Assembly: GCA_964016885.1 (NCBI GenBank)
Contig: OZ024741.1
Location: 102,300,001-102,364,000, forward strand
Direction of reading: 5' to 3'
From: Eledone cirrhosa
Lineage: Eukaryota
Length of the DNA: 64,000 bases
A program made the translations under genes and the position numbers. Positions 1 to 11,540 of the stretch are shown piece by piece (the first letter of the stretch is position 1; each line of letters begins with the position of its first letter). Below the pieces are notes generated by a model, which was not told where the DNA came from, ran no database searches, and saw only the letters and a list, made by a program, of their open reading frames with translations.

Positions 1-227
1 AGCCTTCCTCACAAACTAACACCTCACACCAATACCACCATTGTAAATATTATTACGTTTGCCAACACTAAAAATATAAGCAGTAGCAATAATTTAAAGT
101 TGTCTCATGCAGACATTCATTTCCCGCCATTACCAAAAACTGCAGGTGTTAAAGCAGCCACCCCACCAACACCACAGCGACAACAGAAACAAAAGAAAGA
201 AAAAAATTATTATCTCGTGACATCGAA

Positions 228-1941
228 ATGAATTCACACAGAATCGACTCTTCCACACCGAACACCACTGACGCCACCACCACAACAACTGAAACTAAAA
301 ATAACAATAACAAAAATAACAATAACAACAACAGCAACAACAACAATGAGAATAACAACAAAGACATCAACACCACCGCAAATGTGTCGTTTGCTAAAGC
401 AGCCAAGAAATGCGAAACAATCGAGGTAACTCAGGATGTATTAAATGAAGCCAAGAGAATAGTAAAGAAAGATGGGTACAGGGTCAGTCCCCCCCACCTA
501 ATAAAATGGAGCATCGGGGCCTATGCACCGTGTCTTATCGGACGATTGACACAAAATCGCGCCGAGTGGAACGGGCATCCGAGTCCCAAATACAAAAAGC
601 TTTGGGACATGTGTGGGCGGAACAAACCCACATCAGACATGGGCAGAAATATGGAACCGTGGACCTGTTCTTTGGAACACCACAGGAGGCCAGAGAGCAC
701 TCCATGGCCCCATTAAGAAGCAACGACTTCACACTCGTCCCAAGCTATTGTGGCCAGAGACTCGAGAAGATCAGGGTGACCCACGTTCCACCGGCCATCG
801 AAATTCCCTGGCTAATGGCTGCCGTCCTCGCCGGCATCGAGGCCAACACCAAAATAATTGAAATATCAAAAGAAAAGCAGGAGAACTGGTCCGGATCTGG
901 GATGGAGCTCCTGATCCAAGCGGACCAAAAAAGCATTGAGGAAATCCCAGAGGTAATAGATCTCACTGACGGCAACCACCTCACCGTAATCGTCGCGGGT
1001 AGAAGGCCTAGGTGTGTCGTTTGTGGTGAAGGAACCCACCTAAAGACTTTCTGCCCTCAGGCTAAAAATTTCAGGCCACCTCTCTTACCCACCCCAGTGA
1101 CTCAACCATCAACACCACCAGCAACAGCAATGGCAGCAACAACTATAACAGCAACAACAGAAGCAACGGTAGCAGCAACTACCTCAGCAACTGTAGCAGC
1201 AACAGTAGCAAAAGCAACACCACCACCACCTGTCACGCCAGAATTAGCACCAACGCCTCCACCATCCACCACACCACAACCAACGCCTGTGGAGGATTTT
1301 CCACTCCCCGAACTATCGCAACTGGAGACAGATTGTGACGACAAGGAGTGGGAAACTGTATCAGGAAAAAAGAAAAAAAGAAAAAGAAGCCAAAAAAGAA
1401 AAAAATCCTCTTCCTTCCCCCTCCAAAAACAAAATACAGAGGGAAACAAATAAATTATCAAACAAAAAAGTTATGACAGCTATGCCACCATCCACACCAG
1501 CATCAACAACCCCATCACCACCAACACCAACACCATCACCATCATCAACCCCAACACCACCATCACTAACACCACAAAAGTCACCAAAAAGCAAAACAGA
1601 AACAAACCCACAAAAAACGCAAACAAAACAAAACAACCCAAACGATACACACTACACAGCATTAAATTTGAACAACAACCAATTATTACACTACATCCAA
1701 CACAACACCAGCATCACAGAAAAAGACTACACAACAACCCAAAAGTTCACACAACCTCCACACATACAAATCACTCGCATCACACAGAAAACGTACACGA
1801 CACTAAAACAAAAATTCCCAAAGACATCGGAGACCTCCGACAAGCACTCTCCAGGAGGATTTATAAGGACATCCTTCCGGAGGAGGCCACAAGCAATGAA
1901 AAGGATGGAGAAACCATCCTTCCTCTAAGAGAAGTAAGGTA
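228..1941 (+). pseudogene. ORF1 (gag-like RNA-binding protein) of Tx1 copy 1, split over three frames
   Basis: Segments 228-~480 (SFAKAAKK), 506-1453 (CVVCGEGTHLKTFC knuckle, Pro/Thr linker) and 1335-1928. Copy 2 reads WETVSGKKKKEKEPQKEKNPLPSPS in one frame, so the A-run at ~1365-1385 is a frameshift in copy 1. Confidence 0.8.
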
Positions 1942-1976
1942 AGTGGTCTTTCCCATCTTTTCCACTCCATTTCAAC

Positions 1977-4803
1977 ATGACCTCATTCAGAATAGGCAGC
2001 ATAAATCCGCGTGGCTTGGGGTCGTCATGGAAGCAAGGCCACCTGCACAACGACCTCAGGTCGTTGCTGTGCCTTTTCGGAGAGGTTTGGATCTCGCCAT
2101 ACGGGCCATCTTCTTAGACCCAGAGGGTAAGTTGGTGGTGCTGGACGTGACCAGCGGAGACGGACAAGCTTTCAGGCTAGTAGCCGTCTATGCCCCGACA
2201 GGAGCAGGGCGGCCTGATTTCTTCCGGCGTCTGGAGACCTTTCTTGGAACGTCCCGCTCTTTAGTGTTACTGGGCGACTGGAACGGTATCTTAGATGCAC
2301 GCTGGGACTGTGTGGGATTAGCGGATAGGAGAGGAGGGTGCAAGAGCCTCACCAACCTGCTCAGGCGTTTTGAACTGTCTGACAGGTACCGATTGGATTT
2401 CCTAAACGTGCCAATGTAGACTTGGACAAATCGCATAGGGTCATCCAGATCATATCTAGATAGAGTATTTTGTAAGGAAATAGATAGGTCTAGCATAGGC
2501 TGCCCACAATTCAAGATAGTCAGCTACACGGAACACAAATTTGTGATCTGTGTGCTTGACTAAGATAGGCTTGATAGACGAGGACCCGGATACTGGAAGC
2601 TAAACGCGTCCTTACCAGCGCGCAAGGCCTACAGAGACCGGATTAGCGAACTAATTAAGCGGGCGTTGACGGGGGCCATCGTCAACAACAAGTGGTGGTT
2701 TGCTCTGAAAAGAGCGATTAGAATTGAGCCCATTAGGTTTATGTAAGGCTTTAGCAATAGAGAAAAATAGAGCAGAGGGAGAACTAGTTAGAAAATTAGA
2801 CGAGGCACTTAGCAAAGGCATCGCGACTGACGTACTTGCGGCGAAATTGGCCCTTCACCAATTCTTCAATGCAAAGCACGAAGGCTGCGTTGTCAGAGCT
2901 AGGATGCGTGCTCTCAGACACGAGGGGACGAAAGCCGTTCAATGGGCCCGAGTGGCGGAGGCCCGTCGTGGTAACAAAGCCACGATCCGGTCTTTGGTGA
3001 ACCACGACGGGCGCATGCTACTCGAACCCGGGCAAATGTGTGAAGCTTTTCAGCGACACTTCGCACAGCTGTTCAGGGGCAGCGGCGGGCCGGATCAAGG
3101 GATGGACTTTAGTGTCTACCTCGACGGACGGCCGTGGATCTCGGCCACTGAGGCGGGGTGTTGCGAAAAGCCGATAACAGCCGCTGAAGTACGGGAGGCA
3201 ATGACTGGCTGCACAAGGGGTAAATCGCCTGGTTTGGATGGTCTGCCCTATGAGCTTTGCGTACAGATGCCAGACTTGTTCGGAGGCCTCTTGGCGGACG
3301 TCTACTGCAACTGGCAACAGAACGGGAGAATTCCCAGCTCCGTGGAGCTGTGGCGCTGCTGAGAAAGGATCCGAACAAGGGGGATAACATAGATAATTTT
3401 AGGCCCATAACTCTGCTAAACACAGAGTTCAAGATTTTGGCCAAGGTGCTAGCAAAGAGGTTGGCGCTTGCCGTTGGTGGTCTGGTGGGAGAGGCACAGA
3501 CATGCGCCATTCCCGACAGATCCATCCACGACAACCTCCACCTCATGCGATACATCGTAGAGAGGGTAGCTAGGGAACCTGGCACGGGTGGGTCCTTCAT
3601 CAATTTAAATCAGTCGAAAGCTTTCGATAGGGTCGACCATCGTTACCTAGCGGCAGTCCTGAGGGCGGCTGGTTTTGGGCCCGTCTTCAGAGGCTGGATC
3701 GCTGCCATGCACAGCGACATCTGCTCTGTGGTGAGAGTGAACGGTCACCTTTCGGAACCGTTCAACATCATGCGCTCGGTCCGCCAAGGATGTCCCCTCT
3801 CGTCCCTCTTGTACATATTGACTCTCGAGCCATTACTGCACAAACTGGAGACGTTGAGGGGGGTCCCGTGCGAACTAGGATGCGGAAGATCCGTGTCAGC
3901 ATATGCGGACGATATCACCGTAGTGGTGTCGAACGCCAAACACATCGAGGCGATCGGCACTACACTAAGTGAATACGAAGCGGTAACAGGAGCAATGATC
4001 AACCAGGAAAAGTCAGTGGGCCTGCAGCTCGGCACCTGGAGAGGCAGGTCCATGCCGTCCAACAGCGTCTTCGGGCGCTGGACGGACGGACCAGTTAAAT
4101 TGCTAGGGGTCTGGTTCGGTCCAGTCCTCCAGACGGACAAAAAATGGGACGAGGTGACGAGCAGGTTGGCTTCTCTCACCCAGAAATGGGCGGAGAGGAA
4201 GCTATCCCTGAAAGGTCGAGCGGAGGTGGTTAACGCGTACATCGCGTCCGTCATCTACTACCGCTTGACCGTCGTGCCTTGTCCTAAGTCTCGCCTGACT
4301 GCGCTGGAGCGTTTGCTCTTTCGCCTTTTGTGGAAGGGACGCGCTCCGATGGTCAGGCGATCCATCTGTTGTCAATACCCGCTACGTGGAGGGCTGGGCA
4401 TGCCGTGGCTGATGATGCGAAGACACGCGCTCAGGCTACGACATCTTCACCTAATCCTCGACGGTGCTCAGGTGTCGTCGCCGTTTGCTAGACGCGTCTT
4501 TTCCCAGCTCGTCTCCTTGACGGAGCTGCAGTCCTGGGTCAAGCGAAGACCGAGAGGGAGCGCTTGGAGACTGGAATGTTTTTAGGCGCTCACAGCCCTC
4601 GATCAATCGGGCAATGTGATCGGTGGAAACTCCACTTTGACGTTCTATAGAGGATTAGTGGAGGGGAAGTGTGACGACGTACTTAGGGAAACTCTAGGCG
4701 TCGTCGAAAATCAACTAGCCAATCTCTTCGGAAGAACTTTCGGGCCGGGGCTTATGGACAACTTCCAGAAATCCCTGACCTGGCAGTGCTACCGAGGATC
4801 ACT
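1977..4803 (+). pseudogene. ORF2 (APE endonuclease + reverse transcriptase) of Tx1 copy 1
   Basis: ATG at 1977 (MTSFRIGSIN); VAVYAP, LLGDWN, SYLDR, GYWKLN, KSPGLDG, KAFDRVDH, YADD. Stops and frameshifts, a ~125-bp APE deletion relative to copy 2, and loss of the C-terminal Cys region after WQCYRG relative to copy 3. Confidence 0.9.
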
Positions 4804-5004
4804 GTGGCTTTTTAATGGGCTTTCTCCACGAATGTCCCTCGGAAGTCTCCCCCCCTATTGGGGAATTTTTTCATTGTTCTATTATTACATCCTCTGTTTT
4901 TTTGTTTTTTTTACCCGCAGAAATGCCCTTTTGTACCGTCCTGTATTGTCCTGTACTGTCCTCAATGTCTACTTTGTGCAAACCCTTGTGGTTAATAAAG
5001 AAAC

Positions 5005-5065
<61 letters not shown>

Positions 5066-7630
5066 GGCGACCAACGTAGGAAATCGTATTACCGTGAGCT
5101 CCACAAAGGTTTGTTGTTTTCAGTTGATTCAAATTGCCAGTTATGGAAATTTTTTGTTATTAAGTGTTTATAAGTTCACATATATTGCTTTCTAAAAAGG
5201 ACACAAAAAATATTGGGGCCTTGAACCCAAAACTTAAACTTTTTATTTATCAAACAAAATATTTCTTTGAAAAAAAACATGACGACAAATTTACTGTTTT
5301 TAACAGACACCCCTCCCCCACCACCACCAACACCAACACCATTGTAATCCTTGCTACGGTTACCAACACTGAAAATATAATTAATAGCAGTCTGAATTAT
5401 TTAGATTTGCCGCATAAAGACATGAATTTCCCGCCATTACCAATAACTGCAGGTGTTAAAGCCGCCACCCCTACCACCACAATGTCAAAAAGAATAACGA
5501 ACACCACTGATACCACCACCAGCACCACCAGCACCACCACCACCACCACAGCAACAACAGAAACCCCCCCCCAAAAAAATTATTATCTCGTGACATCGAA
5601 ATGGATTCACCCAGAATCGACTCTTCCACGCCGAACACGACTGACACCACCACCACCTCCACCACAACTGAAACTAAAAATAAAAATAACAACAACAGCA
5701 ACAACAACAATGAGAATAACAACAACAACATCAACACCACCGCAAAACAAAATGTGTCGTTTGCCAAAGCAGCCAAGAAAAGCGAAACAATCGAGGTAAG
5801 CCAGGTTGAATTAAATGAAGCCAAGCGAATGGTAAAAAAAGATGGGTACAGGGTCAGACTCACCCCCCTACACCTAATAAAATGGAGCATCAGCGCCTAT
5901 GCACCGTGTCATATCGGACGATAAACACAAAATCACGCCGAGTGGAACGGGCATCCGAGTCCCAAATACAAAAAGCTTTGGGACATGTGTGGGCGAAAAA
6001 AACCCATATCAGACGTGGGCAGAAATATGGAACTGTGGACGTGTTCTTTGGAACACCACAGGAAGACAGAGAGCACTCCATGGCCCCATTAAGAAGCGAC
6101 GACTTCACACTCGTCCCAAGCTATTGTGGTCAGAGACTGTTGAAGATCAGGGTGACCCACGTTCCACCGGCCATCGAAATTCCCTGGCTAATGGCTGCCG
6201 TCCTCGCCGTCATCGAGGCCAACACGAAAATATTCAAAGTAACAAAAGAAAAGCAGGAGAACTGGTCCGGATCTGGGATGGAGCTCCTGATCCAAGCGTA
6301 CCAAAAAAATATTGAGGAAATTCCAGAGGTGATAGACCTCACTGACGGCAGCCACCTCACCGTAATCGTAGAGGGTAGAAGGCCTAGGTGTGTCGTATGT
6401 GGTGAATGAACCCACCTAAAGGCTTTCTGCCCTCAGGCTAAAAGGTTCAGGCCACCTCTCTTACCCACCCCAGTGACTCAACCATCAACACCACTAGCAG
6501 CAGAAATGGCAGCAACAACAGTAGAAGCAACAACAGAAGCAACTGTAGCAGCAACAACCCCAGCAAAAGTAGCAAAACCAACATCACCACCAACCACCGC
6601 GCCAGAAATAGCACCAGCGCCTCCACCATCCACTGTGGAGGATTTTGCACTCCCCGACCTATCGCAACTGGAGACAGATTGTGACGACGAGGAGTGGGAA
6701 ACTGTATCAGGAAAAAAAAAAAAAGAAAAAGAACCTCAAAAAGAAAAAAATCCTCTTCCCTCCCCCTCCAAAAACTAAATACAGGGGGAAACAAATAAAC
6801 TAACAAAACCAAAAAGTTAGGACAGCTATTCCACCATCCACACCAGCATCACCAACCCCATCACTACAAACACCAACATCATCACCATCATTAACCCCAA
6901 CACCATCATCACCAACACCACAAAAGTCACCAAAAAGCGAAACGGAAACAAACCCACAACAAACGCAAACAAAATAAAACAACCAAAATGATACACACTA
7001 CATAGCATTAAATTTGAACAACAACCAATTATTACACTACATCCAACACAACATCAGCATCACAGAAAAAGACTACACAACACCCCAAAAATTCACACCA
7101 CCTCCACACATACAAATCACTCGCATCAGAGAGAAAACGTACACGACACTAAAACAAAAATTCTCCAACGACATCGGAGACTTCCTACAAACACTCTCCA
7201 GGAGGATTTATAAGGACATCCTTCCTGAGGAGGCCACAAGCAGTGAGAAGGATGGACCCCCCCCTCGAAAAGTGAGGTAAGTGGTCTTTCCCATATTTTT
7301 CCACTCCTTTTCAACATGACCTCACTCAGAATAGGCAGCATAAATGCGCGTGGCTTGGGGTCGTCATGGAAGCAGGGCCACCTGCTCAACGACATCAGGT
7401 CACTAAACATAGATGTGGTGGCCATCAGCGAGACTAGAATCTCCGAAGCACGGGCCTTCGCACCGATCTTCGGCGGCTACGATGTGTACGCATCTCCCAG
7501 CCGTCCTGGACCTGTGGGGGGGGGGGAGTTGCTGTACTTTTTCGGAGAGGTTTGTATCTCGCCATACGGGCCATCTTCCTGGACCCAGAAGGTAAGTTGG
7601 CGGTGCTGGACGTGACCAGCGGAGACGGTG
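5066..7630 (+). mobile_element. Tx1 copy 2, head-to-tail after copy 1; ORF1 and start of APE only
   Basis: High similarity to 1-2165. ORF1 has a nonsense codon at 6407-6409 inside the knuckle. ORF2 starts at 7316 (MTSLRIGSINARGL...VVAISET) and breaks at ~7630. Confidence 0.9.
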
Positions 7631-10612
7631 GGGGTTTACAATAAGGTCGAGTAAAAGTGCACAATGGCAAAACTAATTTAACAATGAAGATATAAAAAAT
7701 ATAAAATAAACTATGCATAAATATAACAAAATAAATTCCCCGATAGAGGGTGGACGACCTTGGGGTGACTCAGGTACCCCACCAAACCTGAACCACTCTG
7801 CGCGTCTAGGGTACCCAGGGAGAGCACCCCTCTCCTCAAATTAGCTAGCCTATAGGCGCATAGTCTGAGTAGGCCCATTCACACGAGCCATTCTCGCCAC
7901 ATTCATCCACCTTTTAGCAAATGTACTGGGGGGCAACACTTCTCTCTCCACCCTCACCTTCCTTTCCAGGTGAAACTTGAAGAAGTTTATAAGGGATTGG
8001 CCGAAGAGAAGTGTCTGTCTTCAGTCGTTTCAATCTGGTCCACCATATAACCTCTTTCGAAAGCCACCAGACAGAAGAAAATGTCCTGCTCTTCCTGACC
8101 AAAGGAAGGCGGCGGGTTGATCTTCACTATGGATTCGGCCGATAGCCGGATCCGTTCCACACGCGACAGTAGCTGTTCAACATAACTCCACAAGTCAGTA
8201 ATGCACGGACATTGGACAAGTGCATGCAGAACGGTTTCGTCGTCTGTGCACTTCTTGGGCAGGTTCGTCTGACAGCACTTCCGTGCCTGTAGAGTTTATC
8301 CCGAACCGGCAGTGCCCCCCGGTAACACTGCCAAGCGAGGGATTTCTGGAAATTGTCCATCGTCCCCGGCTCAAAAGTCCTCCGGTACAGACTGGTCAGT
8401 TCGACTTCGTCGAGGCCGAAATCTTCTCCTTGTGCGTCATCGCACTTACCCACCACTAATGCCCTATAGAACTCGAGAATGGAAGTTCCACTGATCGCAT
8501 TGCCCGCTTGGTAGAGGGCAGTGAGTGCCTGGTAACATTCCAGGTGCCAGTCACCCAGTCTCGGTCTCTACTTGACCCAGGACTGCAGCTCAGTCAAAGA
8601 AATGAGCTGCGGAAAGGCCCGTCTGATAAACGGCGACCACACCTGTTCACCATTAAGGCAGAATATCTGGAGATGTCGCAGCCTCAACGCATGTCTGCGC
8701 ATCATTAGCCACGGCATGCCCAGCTCTCCGCGTAGAGGGTGCTGGCAGCAGATTGACCGCCTCACCAACGAAACTTGTCCCCTCCACAAGAATTTGAAGA
8801 GGAGCCGTTCCAACTTGACGAGGCGCGGACGGTGCAAGGCACGACGGTTAGGCGGTAGTAGATGACGGACGCGATGTACGCATTCGCCACCTCCGCGCGA
8901 CCTTTCAGTGATAGCTTCCTCCCAGCCCATTTTTGGGTGAGACTGGCTACTCTGCTCGTTACCTCGTCCCAATTCTTTTCCACCTGGAGGTCTGGTCCGA
9001 ACCAAACCCCGAGCAACTTTACTGGTCCGTCCGTCCAGCGCCCCACCACGCTGCTGGATGGCATGGGTTTGCTTCTGCAGGTTCCGAGCTGCAAGCCCAC
9101 CGACTTTTCCGGGTTAAGTTTGGCTCCTGTCAACCTTTCCTATTCCTTCAGTAAGGTGCCGACCACCTCGATTTCTGAGGTGTTCGACACCATCACGGGG
9201 ATATCGTCCGCATAAGCCGACACTGCCTTTCCACGTCTTGGTTCGAGCGGGATGCTCTGCAACAGCTCCAGCTTCCGCAGTAAAGACTCGAGAGTCAATA
9301 CGTACAGAAGGGAAGAGAGAGTGAACCCTTGACGGACCGATCGAGAGAGCCGAAATGGTTCCGAGAGTGGGCCATTAACCTTGACCACCGAGCAGGTGCC
9401 ACTGTGTATTGCAGCGATCCAGCTTCTGGAGACAGGGCCAAAGCCAGTTGCTTTGAGGACAAACTCCAGATACCGATGGTCGACCCTATCGAATGCTTTC
9501 GATTGATCTAAATTGATCAGTGTCCCATCGAAGCCAAGTTTACACCATACCCTCTCTATGATGTATCGCATGAGGTGGAGATTGTCGCGTATGGACTTGG
9601 CTGGGATTACACAAGTTTGCGTCTCCCCAACCAAATCCTCGACGACAAGCGCCAATCTCTTTGCTAACACCCTGGCCAAAATCTTAAACTCTGTGTTGAG
9701 CAGAGTTATGGGCCTGAAGTTGTCTAATGTACCCCTCTTGTTCTTGTCTTTCCTTATCACTCCCCTGCTCACAGAACTGGGAATACTCCCATTCTGCTGT
9801 CAGTTGCAGTAGTGCTTCGAGGAGATCGGAGAACAAGTCTGGCATATTTACGTAAAGCACGTAGGGCAGGCCATCCAAATCGGGTGACTTGCGCCTCATG
9901 CAGCCGACAAGGGCGTCCTGAATTTCGGCTGAAGTAATCGGCCTTTCGCAGCGCTCAGCGTCGACCGTCGAGATGCGCGGCAAGCCGTCAAGGTAGGGAC
10001 TGAAATCCGCTACACTCTCTGACTCGCCACTCTCCCCGAACAACCGAGCAAAGTGCTGACGAAAGGCCTGACACATCCGTTTGGAATCGCTTATCTCGTG
10101 TCCGTCTCGGTCCGCCAAAGACCGAATTGTGGTTTCATTACCAGGCTGCGCCTCCGCCACGCGGGCCCATCGAACAGCTTTAGTTGCCTCGTTTCTCAGA
10201 GTCCGCGACTTAGCTCTGACAATGCAACCTTCGTGTTTGGCGTTGAAGAAATGGTCTAATGCCATTCTCGCCGCTAGCACGTCAGTTGCAATGCCACTAC
10301 AGATAGCCTCGTCTAACTTATCTACCAGCTCCCTCTCCTTTCTATTTTCTCTAACGCTAGTTCTTTGCTGAACTCTATCGAAGGTACTCTAATCTCTCTT
10401 TTGAGAGCCCCCCACCATCTGTTGTTGATGATCCTCACTGTCAACTTTTGCTTAATAAATTGTTGACTCGGTCCCTGTAAGCCTTACGTGCCGGAAATGA
10501 CATGTTCAGCTTCCAGTAACCCGGTCCTAACCTACGCGTTTTATTTAGGTCGACCGTACAGATCACAAATTTGTGATCTGAATAGGCGACCGTTTTAAAA
10601 AGTGGACAGCCC
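7631..10612 (-). mobile_element. Tx1 copy 3 (diverged), end of APE through RT, C-terminal Cys region and 3' UTR
   Basis: Minus-strand ORF pieces: SDHKFV...GYWKLN, KSPDLDG, NFRPITLLNTEFKIL, SAYADD, WQCYRGALPVRDKL...TCPR. Confidence 0.9.
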
Positions 10613-10631
10613 AATAATAATAATAATAATA

Positions 10632-11460
10632 ATTGGAAATCACTAGGCCAAGATGGTGTGCAGGGGTACTGGATTAAAAATATAACATCCCTCCACCCGA
10701 AACTGACAACCATGTTCAATGACTGCTTGATGTCAGGTGAGGTACCAGAGTGGTTGACAAAAGGTACCACAGTTCTGGTAATGAAAGACCGAATCAAGGG
10801 TAATGATGTTACCAACTATAGACCTATCACATGTCTGTCCGTAATGTGCAAACTGTTGACAAGCATTATGTCAGAGGAAATCTACCATCACCTCTACACA
10901 AACAACTTGTTACCGGACGAACAGAAAGGATGCCGAAAGAAGTCCCGTGGTACAAAGGACTAGTTGCTTATTGATAAGATGGTAATTAGGAATTGCAAGA
11001 GGAGACACACTGGTCTTGTCATGGGATGGATAGACTACAAAGACGGACAAGAAACTGGAACACAATAGACCTGACCCGGTGGTTTGGGACAAGGAAAAAA
11101 GATCGTGCCTGATTGTGGATGTGGCCTGCCCATTCGACACGAGAGTGCAAGAGAAGGAGAGGGAGAAAATTAACCGATACCAGGACTTAAAGTGGGAGTT
11201 AAAAAGGATTTGGAACTGCCATGAAGTCAAAGTGGTCCCGATTGTCATAGGAACACTAGGTGCTATCTCAAAAAGTTTCCAGGGATGGTTAAAGAAAATT
11301 GGCCCCGCCACGCTTTTTGGAACGCTTCAAAAGGCATGCTTGCTGGGAACAGCAAGAACCCTCCGATACGTCCTGAATATCTGAGGCTGCAGGTAGTAGC
11401 TTGATATTCATTTCAACAAACTTTCCAGTTAACTAACATCAATGACTGAGACTCAAAGAA
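10632..11460 (+). mobile_element. R4/Dong-type non-LTR retrotransposon, 5'-truncated and internally deleted copy
   Basis: Follows (TAA)n at 10613-10632. RT start (QGYWIK, NYRPITCL), then a jump at ~11040 to the restriction-like endonuclease (NRPD, VDVACP, KINRYQDL, VPIVIG, LQKACLLG). TAA-rich tail at 11461-11540. Confidence 0.85.
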
Positions 11461-11540
11461 CAATCATAATAGTAATAATAATAATAATAATAATAGTAAT
11501 AATAATAATAAAATGATAATAAAATGATAATAATAATAAA

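Larger units (their letters stand above)
1..5065 (+). mobile_element. Tx1/L1-clade non-LTR retrotransposon, copy 1 (decayed; 5' end outside window)
   Basis: ORF1 with a CCHC knuckle, then APE endonuclease remnants and RT (NFRPITLLNTEFKILAK, SVRQGCPLS, SAYADD). AATAAA at ~4994 and an (ATT)n tail at 5006-5065. Confidence 0.9.

Noticed and set aside
5064-5080. TGGCGACC resembling an LTR primer-binding site
   Set aside because: No LTR, gag/pol or polypurine tract; it lies at the 5' end of a non-LTR element.
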